Shown here piece by piece: positions 29,303 to 38,475 of a stretch of 64,000 bases of DNA. Source of the stretch: an uncultured Chitinophagaceae bacterium (GTDB lineage Bacteria; Bacteroidota; Bacteroidia; Chitinophagales; LD1). Every line of letters begins with the position of its first letter. Within the stretch, counting starts at the first letter, position 1. The notes below the pieces were generated by a model. The model searched no databases. It had not been told where the DNA came from and saw nothing but the letters and a program-made list of their open reading frames with translations. The DNA is taken from assembly GCA_964571705.1 (NCBI GenBank), contig CAZNDJ010000003.1, forward strand, positions 6,788 through 70,787. Reading direction: 5' to 3'. Made by a program: the position numbers and the translations under genes.

Positions 29303-30283
29303 ATGAAGAGTATTGCTATTTTGGTACCTGAGGCCTCGGTGATGCAGGCCATTGCTGATCCTCAATATTTGTTTGCTATGGCCAATGAATTTCTCACAGC
29401 TAGTGGCAGATCACGTCAGTTTAATGTCCAGCTGGTGGGCGCTAAAAAGGAGATATCATTGAATGAGGGCTGTTATTCTGTGTTTACTGACTGCCTCTTT
29501 ACGGAGGCAGATAAACCTGATCTGATCCTTATACCTGCAGTTTTCGGCGACAAGAAAAGAGCAATAGACCACAATAGTAAACTAATGGAATGGGTCGCGG
29601 TGCAACATCTGGCAGGTGCAGAAGTTGCATCTCTTTGCGCTGGTGCCTTTCTCCTGGCATCTACAGGCCTGCTGAACGGCCGCAAATGCTCTACGCATTG
29701 GGTATTTGTCAATGAATTTCGGTCGCTTTATCCAGACATAGAGGTGGTAGATGGTGCGGTGATCACAGAGGATAGCGGAATCTACTCCAGTGGCGGAGCT
29801 AATTCATATTGGAATCTACTCCTATATCTGCTGGAGAAATATACGGATCGAGATACTGCGATCCTCGCCTCTAAATATTTTGCTATTGATATCGACCGGG
29901 ACAATCAGTCTGCATTTGCAATGTTTCAAGGCCAGAAAAGTCATAACGATAAAGACATCCTGAAGGCGCAGGAATATATAGAAGCTAACATCAAGGATCG
30001 GATCAGTGTAGAAGAATTAGCTGATAGAGTAGCCATAGGCAGGAGAAGTTTGGAAAGGCGATTTAAGCAAGCCACTAATAACTCTGTGCTGGAGTACATT
30101 CAGCGCGTACGGATAGAAGCTGCAAAGCGAAGCTTTGAAAGTAGTAGAAAAAATATCAGTGAGGTGATGTACGAGGTGGGCTATACAGATACCAAGGCGT
30201 TTCGGACTATCTTCAAGAAAATAACAGGCCTCACCCCGATAGAGTATCGTAACAAGTACAATAAAATAGCTGCAGCAAGGTAG
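29303..30283 (+). CDS. GlxA-family transcriptional regulator (DJ-1/PfpI domain plus AraC-type HTH)
   Basis: The N-terminal DJ-1-like domain carries SLCAGAFLLASTGLLNGRK. The C-terminal AraC HTH carries EVGYTDTKAFRTIFKKITGLTPIEYR. Confidence 0.85.
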   Translation: MKSIAILVPEASVMQAIADPQYLFAMANEFLTASGRSRQFNVQLVGAKKEISLNEGCYSVFTDCLFTEADKPDLILIPAVFGDKKRAIDHNSKLMEWVAVQHLAGAEVASLCAGAFLLASTGLLNGRKCSTHWVFVNEFRSLYPDIEVVDGAVITEDSGIYSSGGANSYWNLLLYLLEKYTDRDTAILASKYFAIDIDRDNQSAFAMFQGQKSHNDKDILKAQEYIEANIKDRISVEELADRVAIGRRSLERRFKQATNNSVLEYIQRVRIEAAKRSFESSRKNISEVMYEVGYTDTKAFRTIFKKITGLTPIEYRNKYNKIAAAR

Positions 30284-30289
30284 GATTTG

Positions 30290-32476
30290 TTACCATCCTT
30301 TCCTACGCGGCCTGGCACCCATCTCAAATATGAGCTGCCCACCCGCTACAATATCGCTATGATGTATAAAAGGCTGTGTCAGTTTACGGCCATTGATGGA
30401 AACTGATTGTATGTATTTGTTTCTTTTGGACACATTGTGGGCTATCACTTCAAATTTCTTGCTAGGATCAGCAGGGTCAAGAAGCAACGTAGCCTTAGGA
30501 AATGCTGGTGATCCCAGAGCATACTCCTCAGTGCCCGGCACTACCGGATAGAATCCCAGAGCGCTGAATATGTACCATGCAGACATTTGACCACAGTCAT
30601 CATCTCCGTTCATGCCGTTAGGCTGATCGCGGTATTTGGCGCGACGATAATGGGCTACGCGTTGTTGGGTTTTCCAGGCTGCGCCTGCATAATCGTAAAG
30701 GTAAGTATAGTTGTGCCCTGGCTCGTTTTCATGCACATAGTGCCAGCCGCGAAACATATCGTCCAGACGTTCTATAAAATGCTCGCGCCCACCCATGAGG
30801 TCTATCATACCCGGTATATCATGTGAGGCAGAGAAAAGGTAGGTCCACGGACTGCCCTCTGTAAATCCAGCTCTCACGTCTTCATTCCAGGTGCCATCGT
30901 ATTTCCTGGGAGCAAAGAACTCCGTCTCTTTGTTGTAGAGTTTTTTATAGTTGAGGCTGCGCTTCATGAGCAGTCTGCATGTGTCGAGATAGCCGAGCTG
31001 TTTCGCTACTTGCGCGACGCAGAAGTCATCATAGGCATACTCCATCGTACAGGAGACAGATTCAGCAGTCTTGTCTACTGGCACATACCCTTGACTGGCA
31101 TAATAGGTCAGGCCCTGCCGTGCCTCATAGGCTGTCCACGGGACGCGGTCTCCCCAATATTTATGGGTATCACCATCCGGTGGCGTCGTTGCATCTTTCA
31201 TACATGCCCTATACGCCTGTTGCTCATCAAAGCCTTTAATGCCTTTGACCATAGCGTCCGCTATGACTGCGTCTGCATGGGTGCCGATCATGATATTAGT
31301 ATAGGTGGGATTTGGCCATTTGGGCATCCAGCCTCCTTCCTGATACATCTGGATCAGTGATTGCACCATACCGGGCACGTGCTCCGGAGCAATGAACAGC
31401 AGTAGGGGATGCTCCGCTCTATAGGTATCCCAAAGCGAATAATCGTTGTAGCTAACTCCTTTATGGATCTTGTCATCAAAAGCACTGTAATAACGTCCAT
31501 ATTCTGAAAACTCCCGCGGGAATAACAAGGTATGGTACATACCAGCATACATGATGTCACGGGCATGGCGATTGCCTCCCTCTATCCGGATACGGCTGAA
31601 GTATTTATTCCACTCGGCTTTTGTCTGAGTTACGACCTGATCCAGGTTTTTGTCGGCTATTTCTTTATTCATGTTATCCTCGGCCTGATCCAGACTGATA
31701 AAGGATGTAGCTACCCATGCCTGTACCTGGGTAGAAGCAAAAGATAGCCAAGCACCAGAAGCGCCTGACGATGTGGAGGTCGAACCCGTTTTGAGGCGTC
31801 CACTATCAGCAGTACCCCATTGTGTGAAAGGCTGATCAAAGTGAATGATAAAGTATCCTTTAAAGTTTGGCAGGGGAGGGCCCAGCGCCTCTGACTCCCG
31901 TTCGGTGTTCCATCCACGTACCTCATGCCGAACTGTATCTATTTCTATGTGTCCGTGTAGCCTTTCAATGATTACATTACCTACTTTGCCCTGAGGGTAG
32001 GAGAATCTCAAAATCCCGCAGCGTGAGGTAGCTGTCATTTCTACCTTCATTTTATGTTCTTTCTGGCTGACCTCCAGCGAATAATATTGGGGGGTCGCTA
32101 TCTCATTTCGGTGAGAGTAACTCAGTTTTTGCGCCAGTTTATCTGTAGTCATAGCCCCCACCGCCGGAAGGAGTGTCACGTGTCCATAATCTCCCATCCA
32201 CATAGCAGGCTTATGCGTAGCGCGGAAACCCGTGATGTGTTTATTAAGATACTGATAGATAGGCCGTCCTATTCTGCCGGGTTGTGTGCAGGCTGACCAT
32301 TTGGTCATAGCAAATGGAGGCCCAACGAAAGGTGTAGTGCGCCCGTAGTAGAAAATCAATCCCTTGGTACCATTCAACGGGTCCGCATACTGCGAATAAT
32401 CAGTAGTATCGAGTTGCGAAAAAACCAGTAAACTGGTCATAATCTGAAAGGTAAGGAGTATAAGTTTGCGCGTCAT
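30290..32476 (-). CDS. Glycoside hydrolase family 92 (alpha-mannosidase)
   Basis: 728 aa with a signal peptide. It contains the GH92 hallmark GDDDCGQMSAWYIFSALGFYPV and an EYAYDDF motif. Confidence 0.9.
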   Translation of the reverse strand: MTRKLILLTFQIMTSLLVFSQLDTTDYSQYADPLNGTKGLIFYYGRTTPFVGPPFAMTKWSACTQPGRIGRPIYQYLNKHITGFRATHKPAMWMGDYGHVTLLPAVGAMTTDKLAQKLSYSHRNEIATPQYYSLEVSQKEHKMKVEMTATSRCGILRFSYPQGKVGNVIIERLHGHIEIDTVRHEVRGWNTERESEALGPPLPNFKGYFIIHFDQPFTQWGTADSGRLKTGSTSTSSGASGAWLSFASTQVQAWVATSFISLDQAEDNMNKEIADKNLDQVVTQTKAEWNKYFSRIRIEGGNRHARDIMYAGMYHTLLFPREFSEYGRYYSAFDDKIHKGVSYNDYSLWDTYRAEHPLLLFIAPEHVPGMVQSLIQMYQEGGWMPKWPNPTYTNIMIGTHADAVIADAMVKGIKGFDEQQAYRACMKDATTPPDGDTHKYWGDRVPWTAYEARQGLTYYASQGYVPVDKTAESVSCTMEYAYDDFCVAQVAKQLGYLDTCRLLMKRSLNYKKLYNKETEFFAPRKYDGTWNEDVRAGFTEGSPWTYLFSASHDIPGMIDLMGGREHFIERLDDMFRGWHYVHENEPGHNYTYLYDYAGAAWKTQQRVAHYRRAKYRDQPNGMNGDDDCGQMSAWYIFSALGFYPVVPGTEEYALGSPAFPKATLLLDPADPSKKFEVIAHNVSKRNKYIQSVSINGRKLTQPFIHHSDIVAGGQLIFEMGARPRRKGW

Positions 32477-32564
32477 TAGTAATGCTTATACCCTCAAAGA
32501 AACAACTCTAATCGGAGAACAAAAAGGGAGCTGTCAGCGGACAGCTCCCTTTGCAATAAGTGGC

Positions 32565-32774
32565 TTATTTTTTCTTGCAAGCTTCGGCGCAGACATGCCC
32601 TTTTTCACCATGAGCATACATGTGCTTACCGGACTTGTGGCACTCTTCTGTGCATGCGTGTTTCTTAGTCGCCATTTCTTTCTTTTCCTGCTTAGATGTT
32701 TCTTTTTTGTCTGCCTGCGCCTGAACAGACAGCATGGCGCCAGCGAGCGCCAGCATTACAAATGTTTTTTTCAT
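32565..32774 (-). CDS. Small secreted Cys/His/Lys-rich protein, a putative metal binder
   Basis: 69 aa. The signal peptide MKKTFVMLALAGAMLSVQAQA is followed by a roughly 48-aa mature part containing HACTEECH and HVCAEAC (two CxxxC motifs flanked by His). It is on the same strand as both neighbours. Confidence 0.55.
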   Translation of the reverse strand: MKKTFVMLALAGAMLSVQAQADKKETSKQEKKEMATKKHACTEECHKSGKHMYAHGEKGHVCAEACKKK

Positions 32775-32850
32775 AAAAAACTAATTTTGAGATGAATTAA
32801 TGGAGGATTGGACGGGACATGTCTGATCGCCTTACAATCAGCCGCAAATT

Positions 32851-35310
32851 TTATTTGAGCCCTCCGTTCAATTGACACTCCTGGCATATTTTTGTTTTGA
32901 AATCCGGATAACGGAGCAACTGGTAGTTCTCATTAAACCAACGGCAGAGCCTGGGCCTGTTCTTTGCGGCCAGCTTGGCCATTTGATTGTAGTAGAAATC
33001 TATTTTCTGATTAAGATTGAAATTAACAATGGCACCTGTATTTACATACAGATAGATCAGATCTTCATCATTGGGATATTGCTCCAGATACGTTTCAAGA
33101 AGTTTAGTGGTCTCAGTATAGCGGGCGAAATAATTGAAATAACGTCCAATATCGTAGACCTCCTGTGCTCGCAAGGAGGCAAGAGGAAGAAGCCTCTTGA
33201 CATGATCGAAACTGGCGAACATATCCCGGAACTGGCGTTGGTGAAAATAGAAGATACTCCCTGACAGATAGTAGTTGAACTCAAGCTGGTAGCGTAGTTT
33301 TTTGTCCAGCTTTTCATCACTGGTCAGCGAGTCCACTGTTTTTCCTAGTTTTCTGAATAGCTCCACATCCGTCAGCTGCTGGTGAAAGTAGAGGTGTGTA
33401 CGATATACCGCCATATTGAAACGCAACGGTTTGAAATCTGGGAACAAATGCTCGGCGCTGTCTATATATTTAAAATAGGGAGTACTAAAGGCGCTGTAGT
33501 CAAAAATGTCTGACTGTACGATGATCGATGCCAGGTAATTGCTCACCATTGGGACAAACTGGCGCTGCAGCGGGATCTCTATAGCGGACAGAAAATGTTT
33601 GCTCAGGTTACCTTTGCGGTAGGCGTCTATCACACGGGAATAGGCTATAATGGCTTGAGCTGAATCACCCTTATATATCCGGTCCTGTATGATCAGAGGC
33701 ATGAAGCGTACTTCTGTATTGTCATCATACTCTTTGTGCAGGTGTATACGGACCCGAGCTACCCGCTGGTCATCGAGCATAGCGCGTATATCATTATCGT
33801 ACATGTGGGCATTGATCCGTCGGCGTATCGTATCCTTCTGATATGGCGTGAGACTTGCCTTTGTAGGATCAAGGCCGCATTGCTCCATCATTCTTGGCCA
33901 GTTTTCCAGTGCTCTTTTATCAACAGATGCAGATTGCTGCATGTTTGCCCTCACAAATTTCTCTATAAAATCTGCCCTGGCTTTCTGCAACATAAGGTTG
34001 TTTGACGCTGTCCCTTCAATAGAGCTGTAGGCGGTGATCTCTACTTTAGTGATAGCACCATCAAATGTTGTAATGAGGTCTTTCAGTTTTTTAAAGTAAA
34101 ATGTGTCTTGTCGTGTCTCATTTTTAGCAAATGGTATATAGAACTCTTTGTCAAAGTCAGCCACGCCGTGGCCGAGTTTGCCTTCTGCTTCGCACCACTG
34201 AGGATAAATAGGCAGATCCTTCAGGATATCCTGCTCTATGCGTATAGGATATGAGTACCGGCACATCATTCCATTTTGTATCAGGATGGTATTGACCTGC
34301 AGGCCAGCAGCCTCTCTCGGCGCTTCCTTTGGTATGGTCCCCAGGTAGCTGAGTAGTTCTCCGTTCTTGTACTTGTTATTTCTAAATATTTCGTCGCGAT
34401 AGTGTGGCGGTAGCATATATCCATCAAATACTGTAGATGGATGTAGGTTATTATCTAGCGTACAGGAAAATTGTTTTTTGTAAACGAGGTCCAAAGCCAA
34501 ACCGTCGCGTGCTTCTGTCAGCATATGCTTGATAGGATTCACATCCTGATAATATTGGTATACGGTATCTCCGACCTGTATGAGATAGCTTGAAAAAATG
34601 CTCGCGAGGAAATCATACTGTCCATACGTACGGCATTTGCTGGGATCCATTTCTTTGATGCCATAGGTAGTATCTGAGTAGGCGAGTGAGCCAGCGGCAG
34701 AGGGGGTGTATGGATCACAGGCGAAAACCTGTGCAGCATAAATCACCCTCTTATTTCTATATAGGGTGAGCGCGAGAGCACTGCGCGTATAGGCTCCGTT
34801 TATCATATTGGAGTAATGGTCCGGGCTATTGCGCCACTGCTCAAATATGGCATGCGCGAGATCTGCATATGTCCAGATCGTAAACTCTTTTTGAGTATTG
34901 GGGTCAGAGGCGGGCGTCCTCAGATATGTCATCAGCACATTTTCTCCTATCACGGCGTGGTTGCCCCTATACCACATCACTCTATCCTTGGGAGTGTATT
35001 TTTTAGGAAACTCTGCCTGGCGGTGAGTAGCAATATTGTTCTTATTGCAATAATCGGCCTGATCCTGAGCGGCTTTTTGCAAAATAGGATCAGTGCCAAG
35101 TATAGGAGCTTTGATCTGGCTTCGTAGTGCATTCAGTTCTTCGATATATAAAGATTGAATGAGCGCCTTATTGAGATGATCTGGGTCTATGGTGTCGGTG
35201 GCGCTCTGCGCCTGTAAAGCGGGGCGGAGTATCAGGGCAAATAGAAGTGTTAATAACGTAAACCTCATTATGAATCCAGCTAGTCGTCTATACTGAAACG
35301 AATTTAACAC
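32851..35310 (-). CDS. Secreted CAP/SCP (PR-1-like) domain protein with a large uncharacterised C-terminal region
   Basis: 819 aa. After the signal sequence, a CAP domain is recognisable (ATHRQAEF...GENVLMTY...WRNSPDHYSNMINGAYTRSALA). The remaining roughly 600 aa are unassigned. An alternative start at 35268 (MRFTLLTLLF) is possible. Confidence 0.65.
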   Translation of the reverse strand: MLNSFQYRRLAGFIMRFTLLTLLFALILRPALQAQSATDTIDPDHLNKALIQSLYIEELNALRSQIKAPILGTDPILQKAAQDQADYCNKNNIATHRQAEFPKKYTPKDRVMWYRGNHAVIGENVLMTYLRTPASDPNTQKEFTIWTYADLAHAIFEQWRNSPDHYSNMINGAYTRSALALTLYRNKRVIYAAQVFACDPYTPSAAGSLAYSDTTYGIKEMDPSKCRTYGQYDFLASIFSSYLIQVGDTVYQYYQDVNPIKHMLTEARDGLALDLVYKKQFSCTLDNNLHPSTVFDGYMLPPHYRDEIFRNNKYKNGELLSYLGTIPKEAPREAAGLQVNTILIQNGMMCRYSYPIRIEQDILKDLPIYPQWCEAEGKLGHGVADFDKEFYIPFAKNETRQDTFYFKKLKDLITTFDGAITKVEITAYSSIEGTASNNLMLQKARADFIEKFVRANMQQSASVDKRALENWPRMMEQCGLDPTKASLTPYQKDTIRRRINAHMYDNDIRAMLDDQRVARVRIHLHKEYDDNTEVRFMPLIIQDRIYKGDSAQAIIAYSRVIDAYRKGNLSKHFLSAIEIPLQRQFVPMVSNYLASIIVQSDIFDYSAFSTPYFKYIDSAEHLFPDFKPLRFNMAVYRTHLYFHQQLTDVELFRKLGKTVDSLTSDEKLDKKLRYQLEFNYYLSGSIFYFHQRQFRDMFASFDHVKRLLPLASLRAQEVYDIGRYFNYFARYTETTKLLETYLEQYPNDEDLIYLYVNTGAIVNFNLNQKIDFYYNQMAKLAAKNRPRLCRWFNENYQLLRYPDFKTKICQECQLNGGLK

Positions 35311-35335
35311 GGATTCATTATATATCTATAGCTGA

Positions 35336-36262
35336 TTATCTGTGTAGGATATACGTGTCTATGGGGTGCGATGGGTCTGAAGTGATATAGTACTCGAATA
35401 TTGCCACATTCTTTGTGACTTTGACCTTGATAGCCCCAAAGTTCTTGCCATCGCACTTGACCTTAAAGCGTGTGCTGTCCAGCGGATGGGCATTACAATT
35501 ATACAACTGTGTATTGCCGCCATTACCACTGATGAGATATAGCAGGTCAGGAGTAGTCACGTCCTCTATTCTGGCATAGAAATGCTCATGACCAGCCAAT
35601 ACTGCGCTGGCACCCCATTGCGCATATGGCCATTGCAGGTGCGTGGCGCTACCATGGTCACCAGGTGAGAAAGGTGGATGATGGAAATAAACAAATTTAA
35701 ATGGTGCGGGGCTTTTTGCTAGCTCATCTTTTAGCCATTTGGACTCTGGGGAGTCGCAACAGTCTATGTGGCCGTCTGCGCCAGAGTTCATACTATAAAA
35801 CTGTACAGGGCCCCACGTGAATGTGTAGTTTGACTCGTCTCCTGGCAGTGTAAAATACTCCAGATACGGCTTCATGTGTTTTGAGTAATGGTCATGATTG
35901 CCCGGCGCAGGGAAGAAACGGTTTATTTTTTCTTGCGCAGCTTTGCCATCACAGCGCAGACCTACCGGTGCGTCAGGATTATAAATATAGTCGCCATAAT
36001 ATTTGCCGATATTCTTCTTCAGGCTTTTGCGCGCACCTAGAAAATAGTTGTTATCTCCCATGGTGATGATAAAGTCTATAGGCCAGCTTTTTATCATAGT
36101 GGCTACAGCACCCTCCTGCTTGCTGTTTTCGCCAAAATCCCCTACTATGGCGAAGGTGATGGAATCTGCAGCTACATTGACAGACTGGGTGGAGTCCTGT
36201 TGTGCAAATGAATGTAAGACAAGACTTGTGGCTAAAAAGGCTGTAGCTATAAGTTGCTTCAT
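35336..36262 (-). CDS. Secreted calcineurin-like metallophosphoesterase
   Basis: Taking the start at 36262 gives MKQLIATAFLATSLVLHSFAQ, a signal peptide. The motifs GDFG, MGDNNY, GNHD and GHEHFY are present. Confidence 0.8.
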   Translation of the reverse strand: MKQLIATAFLATSLVLHSFAQQDSTQSVNVAADSITFAIVGDFGENSKQEGAVATMIKSWPIDFIITMGDNNYFLGARKSLKKNIGKYYGDYIYNPDAPVGLRCDGKAAQEKINRFFPAPGNHDHYSKHMKPYLEYFTLPGDESNYTFTWGPVQFYSMNSGADGHIDCCDSPESKWLKDELAKSPAPFKFVYFHHPPFSPGDHGSATHLQWPYAQWGASAVLAGHEHFYARIEDVTTPDLLYLISGNGGNTQLYNCNAHPLDSTRFKVKCDGKNFGAIKVKVTKNVAIFEYYITSDPSHPIDTYILHR

Positions 36263-36312
36263 GGCAAAAAAATTGATCACCACAAATGTAGGTTTCTATA
36301 GCTACATTTTGA

Positions 36313-37710
36313 CTATTTCTCACCACGCATATATATACGGCGCGAAAATTCTTTGAAATTCTTCCGGTTTTCTGGCGTCCATAAGGCTTCTGCTATCGCC
36401 GCCATTCTTGGCATCAATTGATGTATAGCTTGTTCCTCCGTTTTGACATATTCGGTCCAGAGAGCAGCCTCGCCACCGAGTATAAGTTCATTTTGTGCTC
36501 CATTTAAGCGTTTGGATACAGGTTGGAAGGAATATACTTTTTTTATCGGTAGGGGCAGCATCCAGATCGCTCTCGGTCGTTCGCCTTTTTGCGGATAGTC
36601 AAAGTAGCAAAATCCACGAGGAGCCATGATTACTTTGTTGCTGTGTTTGGCTGCCTTTATGCCAGCTGTTTTGTCCATCCAACTCATCACTATCATACTG
36701 TCGCTGAGACCGCCTTTGACTATCTCGCCCCATCCTATGGCGGTACGCCCTTTTTTATGGAGGTAGTTTTCGACTCTATGCATGAAATAATTTTGCAATT
36801 CTTCCTCATTTTTCAAATGATTGGCTTGCATCACGCGCTGAGCTATTTTGCTATTCTTCCATTGTCCCTTAGGAGCCTCATCTCCTCCTATATGAATGTA
36901 GTGAGATGGGAAGAGGTCGCAGACTTCAGAGAGGATATCTTCAAGAAAAGTAAATGTACTATCTGTAGGAGCGTAGATATCGCTCTTGATGCCCCAAGTG
37001 TGTGGTACAAACAGCTGCTCACCGGTGCAGCCAAACTGAGGATAGGCCGCTAACGCCGCCGACGAGTGCCCGGGGAGCTCTATCTCTGGAATGATCGTAA
37101 TATACCTGTCAGCTGCGTACGCTACTATTTCCTGTATATCGGCCTGGGAATAGAAACCTCCATATCGCTGGCCATCTGCCTCTGTGCGCCATGCACCTAT
37201 CTCTGTCAGCCGTGGATATTTTTTGATCTCTATGCGCCAGCCCTGATCGTCTGTCAGATGCCAGTGAAATACATTCATTTTGTACGCGGCCAGTATGTCT
37301 ATATACTGCTTTATAAATGCTTTTGAAAAAAAATGCCGGCAGACGTCCAGATGCATACCTCTATAAGAATATGCCGGATAGTCTACTATCTCAAGGGCTG
37401 GAACCTTAGTGCCTGTATGAGCGGCTATGATCTGGTCATAGGTTTTTTTACCATTTGAGAACCCAGCTGCCGATTTTGCATAGAGTGTAGTTTCGCTGCG
37501 GGAAATGTACAACACGTAGCCTTCTGGGCTAAAACAAGTCGCTACGTGGGGCGTATCCATTTTCAATGGCTTTAAGTCGCTAACTGTAATAGAATCATGG
37601 TCGGGCACCAGCAATATAAAAGCCGGAGCCGGCGTCACTCCCACAGACTGGCAGAGGGCCATCAGAGGAGCCATAAAAAGAACTACAGATATGTATCTCA
37701 TATTATGCAT
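36313..37710 (-). CDS. Beta-N-acetylhexosaminidase (GH20)
   Basis: The motifs RGMHLDVCRHFF, FHWHLTDDQGWRIEIKKYP and HIGGDEAP (catalytic Asp-Glu pair) are present, along with a signal peptide. Confidence 0.9.
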   Translation of the reverse strand: MHNMRYISVVLFMAPLMALCQSVGVTPAPAFILLVPDHDSITVSDLKPLKMDTPHVATCFSPEGYVLYISRSETTLYAKSAAGFSNGKKTYDQIIAAHTGTKVPALEIVDYPAYSYRGMHLDVCRHFFSKAFIKQYIDILAAYKMNVFHWHLTDDQGWRIEIKKYPRLTEIGAWRTEADGQRYGGFYSQADIQEIVAYAADRYITIIPEIELPGHSSAALAAYPQFGCTGEQLFVPHTWGIKSDIYAPTDSTFTFLEDILSEVCDLFPSHYIHIGGDEAPKGQWKNSKIAQRVMQANHLKNEEELQNYFMHRVENYLHKKGRTAIGWGEIVKGGLSDSMIVMSWMDKTAGIKAAKHSNKVIMAPRGFCYFDYPQKGERPRAIWMLPLPIKKVYSFQPVSKRLNGAQNELILGGEAALWTEYVKTEEQAIHQLMPRMAAIAEALWTPENRKNFKEFSRRIYMRGEK

Positions 37711-37800
37711 GATAATAGATACATGTTAAGTATAGGTTAACTTGTTTGTTTTGTCTATAAATTTAGTTCCTAATTTCATTTTGCAAATACATCAATAAAG

Positions 37801-38472
37801 GTGCCTAGACAGCTTGTTTATCACAATCGTTATTTTCTCGGGGTGTTCTCGGTATATCTCTTAGCGGGTGCACTGAGCTTCGTCTGGTATCGGCAGGGGA
37901 ATGAAACCCTGTTCATGGACACCCATCATACACCCTGGATGGATTTACTGTTTGTATCAGCCACTCAGCTGGTAGAGGGAGTGACTTTGTCTATCATCTT
38001 CACCGCACTCCTGTTTTCTAAATTGCGTTACCTTATCATATTTGCCGTCAATATGCTGATCGTAGGCGCGGTGGTCATTTGGCTAAAATATGGAGTGTTT
38101 TCAGACCATATGCGCCCTGCAGCGTTTTTTGGCAATTCGCAGCATCTTCACTTTGTGACAGGACGGCCAATTTTATCCCGATACAGCTTTCCATCCGGTC
38201 ATACGGCCAGTGCTTTTGCCATGGCTTTGATGCTGGCTATTTTTATCCGTCGTAGCTGGGTGAGCATTCTACTCCTTTGTCTCGCTCTTCTGGTGGGACT
38301 TTCTCGCATATACCTGCTCGAACATTTCTGGGTCGATGTCTATTTCGGCTCTTTGGTAGGAGTTACTATTACGCTTTTGGTGTATATTGCGCTGCAGCGG
38401 CCGCTTATACATAGCGAAAGCCGGATTTTGGATTTTTCTCTATGGAAGCGTCTTACCAAAAAGGCAAAGTGA
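37801..38472 (+). CDS. PAP2-family lipid phosphatase
   Basis: 223 aa with a GTG start, polytopic. The PAP2 motifs PSGHTASAFA and SRIYLLEHFWVDV are present. Confidence 0.8.
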   Translation: MPRQLVYHNRYFLGVFSVYLLAGALSFVWYRQGNETLFMDTHHTPWMDLLFVSATQLVEGVTLSIIFTALLFSKLRYLIIFAVNMLIVGAVVIWLKYGVFSDHMRPAAFFGNSQHLHFVTGRPILSRYSFPSGHTASAFAMALMLAIFIRRSWVSILLLCLALLVGLSRIYLLEHFWVDVYFGSLVGVTITLLVYIALQRPLIHSESRILDFSLWKRLTKKAK

Positions 38473-38475
38473 AAC

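Noticed and set aside
32466-32795. A 109-aa plus-strand ORF overlapping the small Cys/His-rich gene.
   Set aside because: The minus-strand reading has a canonical signal peptide and an ordered metal-binding-like motif, and it matches the strand of both neighbours. The plus-strand product is Phe/Leu/Cys-rich with no features.
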